Shown here in pieces: positions 10,175-19,210 of a stretch of 64,000 nt of DNA; position 1 is the stretch's first letter, and each line of letters starts with the position of its first letter. Source of the DNA: Deltaproteobacteria bacterium (GTDB lineage Bacteria > Myxococcota > Kuafuiibacteriia > Kuafuiibacteriales > Kuafuiibacteriaceae); contig JADJPE010000005.1 in NCBI GenBank assembly GCA_016713425.1, positions 512,294-576,293 of the forward strand, written 5' to 3'. The notes under the pieces were generated by a model. It was not told the origin of the DNA, did no database searches, and saw nothing but the letters and a program-made list of their open reading frames with translations. A program made the position numbers and the translations under genes.

Positions 10175-11002
10175 CTAGGCGGCCATCACGGCCTCCCTTC
10201 TGCGCCTTCGTGGCGCACCGTCGTCGGCATAGCGGATCAGGCAGGCCTCGCCTGCCAGACGCGGCTTCACCTCCGACTCGAACCAGCGATCGAGCACCTC
10301 GTGGAGGAACACGTTCGCGAGCAGCGGTGAGATCACCCTCCCTGGGGCGTGCCTTCGTTCGGATGCATGACCGCACCGCCTTCGAGCACGCCCGCTTTCA
10401 GCCACTTGTCGATCGCACGGCGGATGACTCCGTCGCGCACCCGCTGGTCGAGAAAGCTCCGCAGATGAACGTGACTCATCGAGTCAAAGAAGCTCTTGAT
10501 GTCAGAGCTCGATAACTACGCCACCACCCATCTTCGTCAGGACGTCCCTCAGTCGTTCGAGCGCCTGATGCGCCGACCGGTCTGGTCGGAAACCATACGA
10601 GCAATCCAAAAAGTCCTGCTCGTAAACGGCCTCCAAGACCATCACCACCGCGCGCTGGAGGATCTTGTCTTCCAACGTCGGGATGCCGATCGGGCGCAGC
10701 TTCGTCCCGTCGCCCTTGGGGATGTACACGCGCCGGACGGGAGGCGCTCGGTACGTCCCCGACTTGAAGCGGTCAAGCAGCGATTGGAGGTTCGACTCCA
10801 GGCTCGCCGCGTATCCCGCCGCCGTCTGACCGTCCACGCCGACCGCGCCGTCCTTGCGCGTCCTCCGATACGCTTCGCGCAGGAGGTCCACATCGATGAG
10901 GTGGGCGAGCGTCGTCATCACCATCTGCGGCGCTTGCCTCGCCAGTTTCGCTGTCCGCTCGAGTTTCGTTGTGACGCTGATTGGACTCGATGTTCCTGGC
11001 AT
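10175..11002 (-). pseudogene. Outer intron-encoded reverse transcriptase, N-terminal part up to the YADD motif (frameshifted)
   Basis: ORF 10502..11002 ([42 protein letters not shown]) plus 10175..10405 ([19 protein letters not shown]...LIRYADD). At least two 1-nt frameshifts are needed to join these pieces. The coding sequence is cut directly after RYADD by the inner intron. Confidence 0.85.
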
Positions 11003-11589
11003 CTTTCCTCCGAGCGGTCCCGTGACCCGGCGCCTCTTTCCCTCAGCCGGGTCCCCTGGGGAGAGTTCCCCGGCTTCCTCGGTACAGTGAGGCGCTCCGA
11101 CTCCCGACCATCCCCTCCCGCCGCGCTTCGTTTCCTTCGCTTGGCGGTACCTGCGTGGTGCTCGTCATTTGCTCCCGCGGGCCCGAGCACTGGCGCCCCG
11201 CGAGCCTGGACCCCTTGTTCCGACGGTCCGAGCCGGGTCGAAGCAGGAGACGGTCGGGCCTCCCAGGTTCCTGGGGATCCCATTTCCATGCGTATGCCGT
11301 GCTCTCAGACCCCGGCGGGACCTCGGCGCCTCGCCCAAACGGCGCTCCGGTGTCGCCGCCGTGCCAAACAACGCCGACGGCTCCCGCGACCCATAGATTT
11401 CGAGGCTCAATCACACAGCCTTCGCACTCCCTGTGTACGCTTCGCAGCCGAGGTCGCCCTCCGGCCACGCAACACTCGGTTCCGGTGGGTGGCTAGCCCT
11501 TGCCGGGCGGGGCTCCTCCCCGCTGGGGTCCGACGAGAAGTTTCAGCCTGTCATCTGCATCCCCTTCTCCCAGGCTTCGCCTGGCGCAC

Positions 11590-11612
11590 TGATTGCCGTA
11601 TCGGCCCGCGGC
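11590..11612 (+). other. Displaced right-end tail of IS91-like copy 2, separated from the element body by the intron insertion
   Basis: tgattgccgtatcggcc (11590..) matches tgattgccctatcggcc (2042..), which directly follows cgaagccgat in the uninterrupted copy 1. Together with 7715..7720 it forms a gccgat/atcggc hairpin. Confidence 0.7.
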
Positions 11613-11654
11613 TGGGGTGACGAGGCTCCGAGCTCATGTCGATCGTGGGGCGAC

Positions 11655-13649
11655 TCAGGTGTGCCGGGTGTCGAAGCGGACGTTCTGTCCTTTTCGAATC
11701 AGCTGGATGTAGTGGTCGAGACTGTGGTCGTCGAAGCTCGTCGACAGCCCCCAGCGCATCTCATCTTGATCGGAAGTATCGACCGTCGCGACGCCGCCAT
11801 CGCCTTCCCCGCTCCGACCTCGCTTCGGCGGAACGATACGACCACGCGTATCGATCCGTACTTCCAAGGGCAAATTCTCAAGGAAAGGCGGTATCCGCGG
11901 CACGATGTCTTGGCCGTTGACGAATCGGAACAACACGGCACCACGCCCGGCGAGCTCGCGTTCCATGGCCTGACAGAAGGTGACGTCCCCCACGGCAGGT
12001 TGACCGAACGTATAGAGATTGTGGAGGCGGAGGCCTTCGCACCAATCCTGGGACGCGCCTTGAGCCAGCATCAGTCGACCCGCGAACAGCACCGCAAGCG
12101 CACCACCGAGGCTGTGTCCGGTGACCATGACGGTTGGTGCCGGCAAATGCTGGCGCTTGGCTTTGCGGCGAAAGTGATCGATCGAGGCCTCGAGGGTGGG
12201 CGCAATCGAACGGAGCTGCTCGGCAAAGCCTCCATGAACATCGCCACCACCGTAGGCCGAACCGTCCGTGAGCCAGAAGGCGGCGTTGCTGAGGACGTCG
12301 CGCCACGTCGAGGTTCCTCGAAAGGCGACCACGATCGTGTTCCGCGACCCATCGTAAGCAACGAGCGCTTGCGCGTCGGTTGCCTTCGATTCCACGAAGC
12401 GTACCGGCGAGTCGTTCACATCCACGGTCTCCGCGCAGTGGTCGCCGGCTTCGACCAACGACGAGGTTACGGCGCGGCCAAACCAAGCGCGCAAGTAGGC
12501 CTCGATTTGCGGCGGATCGAGGTAGACCAAGTCTGAAACCTCGGCCAAAAAAAGGGCGTTCCGTGGGCTGTAGTCAGCCACGTCAGGCTCATAGGCAACC
12601 CTCGTCACCGGCAGGGCGCCGGCGGGGTCGCCATGGGCAGCTGGACTAAGAAGAAGGCGCGCCTGGAGCGAAGGCACGACAATGCAAGGAACATCTTGGA
12701 TGTTCATCTCGGCCACGACGGGTCGAGCGATGCCACGCGCCAGGAGTCGTTCTCGGCAAGCGTCGGCCACGCCCTCGCCCTTCGTCCGAACGAGGTTGAC
12801 GACGCCACGCATCTCGAGCGCGGCCGTAACGGGTAGAGTCACCGCATTGGTGGGTCTACCGTCGATGTCGACGCGGCGAACGAACGAAAATCCGGGGGGA
12901 ACCTTCGTGCCCTCGGCAAGCTTCTGAGCCACGGCCGCGAGGGGCGAAACGGCATCCATCATCAGGGCAGCATCCTCAGGCTTCACCGAGATCGAGGTCC
13001 GCTCGGTATCCCAGAACACACCCCGAGCGTGAGTTCGAACGTCCGGGTTCGGAACGCCCAGCGTTCGAAGCCGAGCCTCGACGTCGTCTCCAACCCGCGC
13101 CCACGCAAATTCGGGGAGCAGCGCTCGAAAACCGGGTGCGGGCATGACAAAGCGAGGTTCACCCGCTTCGCCCGTCTCAAAGAAGCGGTGCCCATCGGCC
13201 GGCCAGAAGCGGCGGGCCATGCGCGCGTACGAGAGCGGGAATCCTAGCTCGTCCCAGGAGAGCCCTTCCTTATAGGCGTGAAGCTCGGCCTGAAGACCGC
13301 GCACATCCTTCGCGAGCGGGTCCAGGCCCAAACCGGCGGCATCCGCAGATCCAGGCGCAGATCCGACCGCAGATCCGACCGTATCCTGCTCAGCACGGAG
13401 CAACGCGTCGATATCCACCTTCGGAAGCGCATCGAAGACGATGGGCGCGGCCGCGCGGACGTCTTCCATCAACCCTTCGTCGTTGCGGCGCCGAATGAGA
13501 TCCCGCAACGTCGACGCGATGTTCTCTTCGCCCAGGGCGCCCTTTCGTCCCCATTCGAGGTCTATGGCGCGCTGAAGCAATGCACAAAGTGCCGGATCGC
13601 CTTGGCGCCTCGCCTCCACGTAATGTCCCGGACCCTGCCCCGAGACCAC
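11655..13649 (-). CDS. Class-3 lipase domain protein with a long unknown N-terminal region
   Basis: 664-aa ORF with the nucleophile elbow VTGHSLGGALAVLFAG in the C-terminal third. About 430 N-terminal residues have no recognisable motif. Confidence 0.75.
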   Translation of the reverse strand: MVSGQGPGHYVEARRQGDPALCALLQRAIDLEWGRKGALGEENIASTLRDLIRRRNDEGLMEDVRAAAPIVFDALPKVDIDALLRAEQDTVGSAVGSAPGSADAAGLGLDPLAKDVRGLQAELHAYKEGLSWDELGFPLSYARMARRFWPADGHRFFETGEAGEPRFVMPAPGFRALLPEFAWARVGDDVEARLRTLGVPNPDVRTHARGVFWDTERTSISVKPEDAALMMDAVSPLAAVAQKLAEGTKVPPGFSFVRRVDIDGRPTNAVTLPVTAALEMRGVVNLVRTKGEGVADACRERLLARGIARPVVAEMNIQDVPCIVVPSLQARLLLSPAAHGDPAGALPVTRVAYEPDVADYSPRNALFLAEVSDLVYLDPPQIEAYLRAWFGRAVTSSLVEAGDHCAETVDVNDSPVRFVESKATDAQALVAYDGSRNTIVVAFRGTSTWRDVLSNAAFWLTDGSAYGGGDVHGGFAEQLRSIAPTLEASIDHFRRKAKRQHLPAPTVMVTGHSLGGALAVLFAGRLMLAQGASQDWCEGLRLHNLYTFGQPAVGDVTFCQAMERELAGRGAVLFRFVNGQDIVPRIPPFLENLPLEVRIDTRGRIVPPKRGRSGEGDGGVATVDTSDQDEMRWGLSTSFDDHSLDHYIQLIRKGQNVRFDTRHT

Positions 13650-13763
13650 TCAGTGGAAGAGCGGACTTGGGCAATGCGTCCGTCCAGAATATCGGTCAGA
13701 CGCAGCACGCGTTGTCTCTTGTTTGCCTCCCAGATTTCACGAGTTCATCACTTCGTCGCCTCA

Positions 13764-14537
13764 TCACTTCCGCTCTTCACAACACCCAGAGAACATTTGG
13801 TCCGCAAGTCGAAGATGAACCGAGATGGGAAAGGCGCGATCTGCGGCATCGTCGGTGCATCGTCCCGACCGCTCGAAGAACGCAACCCCGATCTGAGGGG
13901 CCACATTCGTCGAGTCCTTCTGGAGTCGAGCGTCCTTCGAGGCTCCGGAGCCCGACGACTCGACGGTCATCAAGGAAATGGACCATGCATTCGACCGATT
14001 GGCCGACTCGATCCGCTGACCACAGCGGTACGCCGTCTTGTCGCCGAGCTCATCGAACACACAGCGCTGGCCCTCCGACGCGAGATCGAGGCCGAGATCG
14101 AGCCTCCAGTGAGGCTCGGTCCCATGGCAGCGGAGTCCTGGTAGCCCCTCCGACGAAACTGCGCCTTCAACCTCATCCGGCGCTAGGTACCGTCTCGCGA
14201 CCCAGCCCTTCACGCGTCGATATTCGACGAACGCCCAGTTGTCGTCTCCCTTGTCCACTTTGCGCCGGGTCGCCCTGAGCTCTCGAATTCCCGTCGCATC
14301 CGGAGGTATCGAACCCACCACGCGCGCCTTGGCGCTCGGCCCAGCTCTCATCTTGAGCACATCATCCGAGCGCACGCCTTGCACTCTGAGGGTGATCGCG
14401 CCCGTGGGATCCTCCGCGTGCGCCGCAGAAAGGGCGGTCAGGAGCCCGGCCACCACCGAGACAACCCCGATCGCTCGCCCCATCGCTCGCCCCATCGCGC
14501 TGCCCATCTTTCGCGTTCGGATCGTCGTTCGTACCAT
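13764..14537 (-). CDS. Secreted SH3b-domain protein with a Cys-containing C-terminal domain
   Basis: Signal peptide (VVSVVAGLLTALSAAHA), SH3-like segment (LKMRAGPSAKARVVGSIP...WAFVEYRRVKGWVARRYL), then GTEPHWRLDL... with several Cys residues. Confidence 0.6.
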   Translation of the reverse strand: MVRTTIRTRKMGSAMGRAMGRAIGVVSVVAGLLTALSAAHAEDPTGAITLRVQGVRSDDVLKMRAGPSAKARVVGSIPPDATGIRELRATRRKVDKGDDNWAFVEYRRVKGWVARRYLAPDEVEGAVSSEGLPGLRCHGTEPHWRLDLGLDLASEGQRCVFDELGDKTAYRCGQRIESANRSNAWSISLMTVESSGSGASKDARLQKDSTNVAPQIGVAFFERSGRCTDDAADRAFPISVHLRLADQMFSGCCEERK

Positions 14538-14666
14538 CGTTCGTCCACCCTACCGACAGTCGCCCACCGCGCAAACCCATCCGGGCGCACCATCGACCCG
14601 CTGAGTGCCGATAACCAGCACAACGCGGGGGTCCGAGGGCTCTCCGCGGTGAGAGGGACGACGACG

Positions 14667-16829
14667 ATGCCATGGTTTCGAGGCCGCACCGGACCGGTGA
14701 TTGAGGCGCCTACTCGGCACCGAACAATAGGGGACCCGGCGCGGGCGCCTGCCCCGCCCACCGTGACCGAGCCCTCAACACCACTCGGGCCCGGTGCACC
14801 CGGAACCCGTGCTCGGGCCCTTTTGGACCGTTGCTTTCCAGGTGGGCACGTCGGCGAACGCTACGCTGCTCGGATGGAGCAACCGACCGTACCGAATCTC
14901 AGGGCCTCGGTCGGGCGCAACGGAGGGGGCCGTACGACTGAGGCCGAGGCAGCGGCCAAGGCAGCGACCCCCGGACCGTTGTCGAGCACCGAAGCGGGAG
15001 AAGTCCCGAGCTCACTCCAGGGCCTGCGCAATGCGAGAGACGAGATCGCTCGGTTGGCCGCGGAACGACGCCGCGGCGGCGATTCGATTCCGAGCGAAGC
15101 GCGTCCGGTTGACCGCGCGGACGCGGAATCGACGCCATCCTCCGAATCCGACCCGCTCGAGGCCATAGTCCAGCGCGCACTGGCCGACGAAGGCCGGCCC
15201 TTCCCCGACGACGTCCTCGATGCGCTCCGCGACGCGTTGCGTCACGATATGGCCAACATTCCGGCGGAAACCAGCGACCAGGGTCGAGCGACTGCGCTGG
15301 CACGGCTCGAGGACGACGCGCGGGCCTTCCTCGAAATCTCAAGGCCTCGCGAGCCGATGGGTGTGCAAGGCGTCATGGCCAAGACCATTGAGGAGGCTCG
15401 CAAAGGAAGTACGTCCGAAGCGCTGGAACCCGCCCTTCACCCGATCATCGAGGCGATGATCGCGGCGAACGCCCTCACGCCCGAGCGTGCGGCCGACGCG
15501 CGCAACGTCGTCCTCCCGACGCTTGCGCGGTGGGTCCGTGAACGAGCGAGGTCAGGAGACAACTCGGAGCCGGCGGAGCAGGCGGCCGAACTCGTGAAAA
15601 AGCTCGGCGTGTATGTCACTTCGCGCTACCCGAGTCATGACTCGCAGCCAGCGCCCGCGCCGACCCGTGTTCAGAAGACATTCGGAGGCGCTCAGGCCCA
15701 AATCGAGTCGAAGATCGAACTGTGCCTCGAGCAGCAAGCGCGCATCCGCGCAAGCTCGAGGTCCACCGGATTTCTTGTTGCCCAGCATGCGTCCACGCTG
15801 GAATCGCTCATCGAGCACGTCGAGGCGCAACAGCATTTCGCGCTCACTTCGACCACCCGACATCTGGTCCGCGACCTGTTCGGACGCCTGCTCGCGACGG
15901 TGAACGCGAGCAGACAGTCGTGGACGACGACGGAGGACCTCGCCGACACACTTCGTGACTTGACGTGCATTGCGCGCGCGATCGACGTCGAGGTGACGCG
16001 CCTTCGGGCCGAGGAGCAAAAAACGCCTCAGCCCGCATGGGGCGACGAAGCGCTCATACGGAGCTTGCTCGGCCGCACGCTCGAAGAGGACGCCAGACGA
16101 GGTCGGTTGAGTGCTTCGACCGATGCTCGAGCTCAAGAACCACTCTTAAAGGACCTTCGAGAGATCGTGGCCCGCTGCGCCAGAGAAGTGCGAGAACACG
16201 AACGGTCCGGGCTCCTGATCGCTCGGCCGCGCCCCGCACGGATGAGCCTAGGTCTAGACGCAGTGCTGAGCGATATCGCCGCGGCCGCAAGCTGGATCCG
16301 CCAAGCACGACAGCGATCTCGGGAGGCAGTCCAGCCCACTGAGGTCGAAAAGATCATCACGCTCGCGGAGCTGAACGTCAGCGGTATGGCAGACGGACCC
16401 GAGAAACTCCCCGATGATGTTCGGTCGGCGCTCACGGAGTTCGTCTCCCGCGAACATCGGAGGCTCAGCCTTACTCAAGATGAGGAAGCGAAGGCCGCCA
16501 TCCGAAGAAAAATCGCGCTGACAGCGCAGACGGCCGTCGAGCTTCACAGAGCCGTCAGGGCGAAAAAGCGAAACGCGGGGTTCGCGAGCGAGCCACGTCT
16601 GAATCGTCTCGTCGCCGCAGCGCAAAGCCAGATGGATTTCGGAGTCACTGAGCAGGTGCACGCGAAGATCGTGAACGCCCTCGGGCGCCTGGTCGAGCAC
16701 ATAGCACGCAATTCGGCCAGCGAGGAACAGGGACGCGACATCGTGGCGACTGCGGCGCGATTCGCGGAACAATGCTCGTCCGCCTCGCAATCATCGAGCG
16801 CCCGACGCGACCCAACAACGGCCGTCTGA
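14667..16829 (+). CDS. Hypothetical Ala/Arg/Glu-rich helical protein
   Basis: Long ORF 14379..16829. The start is moved to ATG 14667 to avoid overlap with the convergent gene. No motif recognised. Confidence 0.5.
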   Translation: MPWFRGRTGPVIEAPTRHRTIGDPARAPAPPTVTEPSTPLGPGAPGTRARALLDRCFPGGHVGERYAARMEQPTVPNLRASVGRNGGGRTTEAEAAAKAATPGPLSSTEAGEVPSSLQGLRNARDEIARLAAERRRGGDSIPSEARPVDRADAESTPSSESDPLEAIVQRALADEGRPFPDDVLDALRDALRHDMANIPAETSDQGRATALARLEDDARAFLEISRPREPMGVQGVMAKTIEEARKGSTSEALEPALHPIIEAMIAANALTPERAADARNVVLPTLARWVRERARSGDNSEPAEQAAELVKKLGVYVTSRYPSHDSQPAPAPTRVQKTFGGAQAQIESKIELCLEQQARIRASSRSTGFLVAQHASTLESLIEHVEAQQHFALTSTTRHLVRDLFGRLLATVNASRQSWTTTEDLADTLRDLTCIARAIDVEVTRLRAEEQKTPQPAWGDEALIRSLLGRTLEEDARRGRLSASTDARAQEPLLKDLREIVARCAREVREHERSGLLIARPRPARMSLGLDAVLSDIAAAASWIRQARQRSREAVQPTEVEKIITLAELNVSGMADGPEKLPDDVRSALTEFVSREHRRLSLTQDEEAKAAIRRKIALTAQTAVELHRAVRAKKRNAGFASEPRLNRLVAAAQSQMDFGVTEQVHAKIVNALGRLVEHIARNSASEEQGRDIVATAARFAEQCSSASQSSSARRDPTTAV

Positions 16830-16834
16830 TAGCG

Positions 16835-19198
16835 CTACGACGGCTTCCGAGAGCGCCGGCGCGCCCAGACACAGAGCGCAAACACCGCGAGGCACTGAAG
16901 ACCACCGGAACGCGCCGTGGTGGACTCGTCATCCCCATGCTCACGCGCGTGCACGGCGCGACACGAACATTCGCCGACGACACCGTCGGAACGACCGCCA
17001 CCGGCTGCGACCATGCCATCGGCATCTACGGCGCCTCGAGCATCGGCCAGCATTCCTGCGTCATCATCACCAGAACCGTCGACCGCCGAAGCATCACCTT
17101 CCGCGTCGCGGCTCGAAACGCCGCCGTCTTCCTGCGCTGGCGTCGCATCGCGATCGCTCTGACCGCCATCGTTCAAAGACCCATCGACCGCGCCATCATC
17201 CGCGCTCGCATCACCAACACCCGCATCATCAACGCCCGCATCCGGTCCGTTTTGCGTCGCGACCTCCAGAACGAAGAGCCCGTCAGCGCCCGTGCCAAGG
17301 TACAAGGGATTCGTTCCCGCGCCGAGCGCAAGACGTTCTGCAGAGACGTTGGGAAGGTTGTATGTTTCATCCACCCAGAACGCGCCGTGATCGAACGAGC
17401 GAAAGACCCCGGATGAAGTGGCGGCCCAAACCGTGGTCGTCGATTCGTCGACGACGAGGCGTCGAATAGAACCCGGGACACCTCCGCCGGGCAGCCAAGT
17501 GGCACCGTCATCCGTCGTCGTATAGAGGCCGCTGTCGCCGATGAAGCCAAGATACGCGCGGCGAGGCGGCCCCGCTTCGATCGCGACCGAGCCGGGAATC
17601 AGATCCCCTGGCAACCCATTCTCGATCCGCGAAAACGAGTCGCCGCCATTCGAGGAGAACAGCATCGTATCGTTCTCCCAGCCCCCGCCCGCCGACGCAA
17701 AGACGATGTCGGCGTCATTCGGATCTACGGCCAACGACTGTACGCATCGATCGGCGGTCTCTCCCGCCAGCGCTGTCCAGTTCTCGGCGCCATCGTCGCT
17801 TCGAAAAACGCCGTACCCACAGGCGGCCACGAAGACGGTCGCTGGTCGAGCCGACGCAACCACGACGAGTTGCACCCCGGACTCCGGCAGCCCGCTGTTC
17901 TTCGCGCTCCATTGGGCACCCCCGTCCGTCGTCTTCATGAGCACGCCGCCGGCGATCGCATAGGCGGTGTCGGTATTCACAGGGTCGAACGCCAGTGCCG
18001 CAACAGCACCGTCGAGACCAAGCGGACGCCAAGTCGCGCCTCCGTCCTCACTTCGCTGTCCGTCGGCGCTCGTTCCGATCCACACCGTGTCCTCGACATC
18101 CGGTCTAATCGTGATCGCCTGAATTCGGGCCGACGACATTCCCGCCGCACTCGGCATCCAATGATCGCCCCCGTCGTCGCTTCGATACACGGCCCGCCCC
18201 ATCGTCCCGACGAAGATCCGCTGCGGCGCTACGGAGGTCACGGTCATCGACGCAATCGACGAGGCCGTGAGTCCGTTCGACACGTCCTCCCAAGCATCGC
18301 CGCCATTGTTCGATCGATAAACACTCGATGCGATCGAGGCGAAAATGCGCCCCGGCGTCGCCGGATCGATCACCAGAGTGTGCACGAGGCCTTCCGGTGG
18401 TCCACTCGGTAGGCCGGTCGGGTGCGGCGCCCAGAGATCACCGCCGTTCGTCGAAAGGTGAAGTCCGAGCCCGGTTCCGACCCAAAGCACCCCGTCCGTG
18501 TCGGGATCGAACGCCAACGTCTCGATCAAGCTGCTGGCGAGCCCCTCCGAAGCATCAGCGAACAAGAGGCCTCGATCGTTGCTTCTGAAGACACCCCCGC
18601 CGCAGCATCCGGTACCCACGAAGACCTGGGTTGCATCATGCGGACTGAACGCAATGGTCCGCACGCTGGCCTCTTGCACGGGAAGTGCGACCGAAGACCA
18701 ATCGGTGCCTCCGTTCTCCGTCCGCTGGAGCATCGTATTCTCACCGATGCGTGAGACGTTGCTCCCAACGATGATGATCGACGCGTTGCTGGGATCGATC
18801 CCCACCGCCGATATGCCGGCCTCCGGTCCGGTTAGGTTCGTGGGGACGACCGACCACGAAGCTGCGTTGTCCGTTGAACGAAATAGACCTGCATCCGTCC
18901 CCGCATACAACGTCAACGGATCGGTCGCGGCGGCCGCCAGCGCGTGCACGTAGTACCCATCAAGGCCGTTGTTCGCACGCCGCCACGTCGCACCCCCGTC
19001 TTCGCTCAGATAGACACCCGCCTGCGTGAGGCCGGCGAAGATTCGAGTCGGCTCGGTCGGATCGACGACCATCGCCGTCACATCGCCGCCATCAGGCCCA
19101 AGCGGGACCCAGTGGGGCGACTGCGCCAAGGCTTCGACCGTCGCGCAGAGGGCGGCGAGACCGAGAGCTACGAATAATCCCGAAGCGCGGCGCTGCAT
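16835..19198 (-). CDS. Secreted BNR/Asp-box repeat (sortilin/VPS10- or GH74-like) protein with a MYXO-CTERM-like tail
   Basis: Signal peptide. About twelve Asp-box-like motifs are present (SEDGGATW, STDNAASW, TENGGTDW, STNGGDLW, SNNGGDAW, SDDGGDHW, TTDGGAQW, SDDGAENW, TTDDGATW and others). An acidic linker follows, then GECSC...LQCLAVFALCVWARRRSRK at the C-terminus. Confidence 0.75.
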   Translation of the reverse strand: MQRRASGLFVALGLAALCATVEALAQSPHWVPLGPDGGDVTAMVVDPTEPTRIFAGLTQAGVYLSEDGGATWRRANNGLDGYYVHALAAAATDPLTLYAGTDAGLFRSTDNAASWSVVPTNLTGPEAGISAVGIDPSNASIIIVGSNVSRIGENTMLQRTENGGTDWSSVALPVQEASVRTIAFSPHDATQVFVGTGCCGGGVFRSNDRGLLFADASEGLASSLIETLAFDPDTDGVLWVGTGLGLHLSTNGGDLWAPHPTGLPSGPPEGLVHTLVIDPATPGRIFASIASSVYRSNNGGDAWEDVSNGLTASSIASMTVTSVAPQRIFVGTMGRAVYRSDDGGDHWMPSAAGMSSARIQAITIRPDVEDTVWIGTSADGQRSEDGGATWRPLGLDGAVAALAFDPVNTDTAYAIAGGVLMKTTDGGAQWSAKNSGLPESGVQLVVVASARPATVFVAACGYGVFRSDDGAENWTALAGETADRCVQSLAVDPNDADIVFASAGGGWENDTMLFSSNGGDSFSRIENGLPGDLIPGSVAIEAGPPRRAYLGFIGDSGLYTTTDDGATWLPGGGVPGSIRRLVVDESTTTVWAATSSGVFRSFDHGAFWVDETYNLPNVSAERLALGAGTNPLYLGTGADGLFVLEVATQNGPDAGVDDAGVGDASADDGAVDGSLNDGGQSDRDATPAQEDGGVSSRDAEGDASAVDGSGDDDAGMLADARGAVDADGMVAAGGGRSDGVVGECSCRAVHAREHGDDESTTARSGGLQCLAVFALCVWARRRSRKPS

Positions 19199-19210
19199 AC
19201 TGAATCTCCT

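Larger units (their letters stand above)
8345..10218 (-). mobile_element. Group II intron (inner, about 1.9 kb) inserted inside the outer intron's RT gene
   Basis: On the minus strand the 5' end reads GTGCGCCACGAAGGCGCAG from 10218, directly after the outer IEP codons for RYADD. It has a canonical domain V (8387..8420) and a domain VI-like hairpin (8355..8380). The 3' end is not fixed to the base and lies somewhere in 8341..8349. Confidence 0.8.
7721..11589 (-). mobile_element. Group II intron (outer, about 2.0 kb without its passenger), degenerate, inserted in the right-end hairpin of IS91-like copy 2
   Basis: On the minus strand the 5' end reads GTGCGCCAGGCGAAGCC from 11589 and the 3' end reads ...CCACCCGAC at 7721. 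There is a domain V-like helix at 7761..7794 and the IEP pieces listed below. Both boundaries are confirmed to the base by the empty paralogous site in copy 1 (cgaagccgat|tgattgcc at 2032..2049). Confidence 0.85.

Noticed and set aside
14379-14666. Upstream extension of the 816-aa ORF
   Set aside because: It overlaps the convergent SH3-protein gene start region and translates the 12-nt repeat antisense, so the first plausible ATG (14667) was used.
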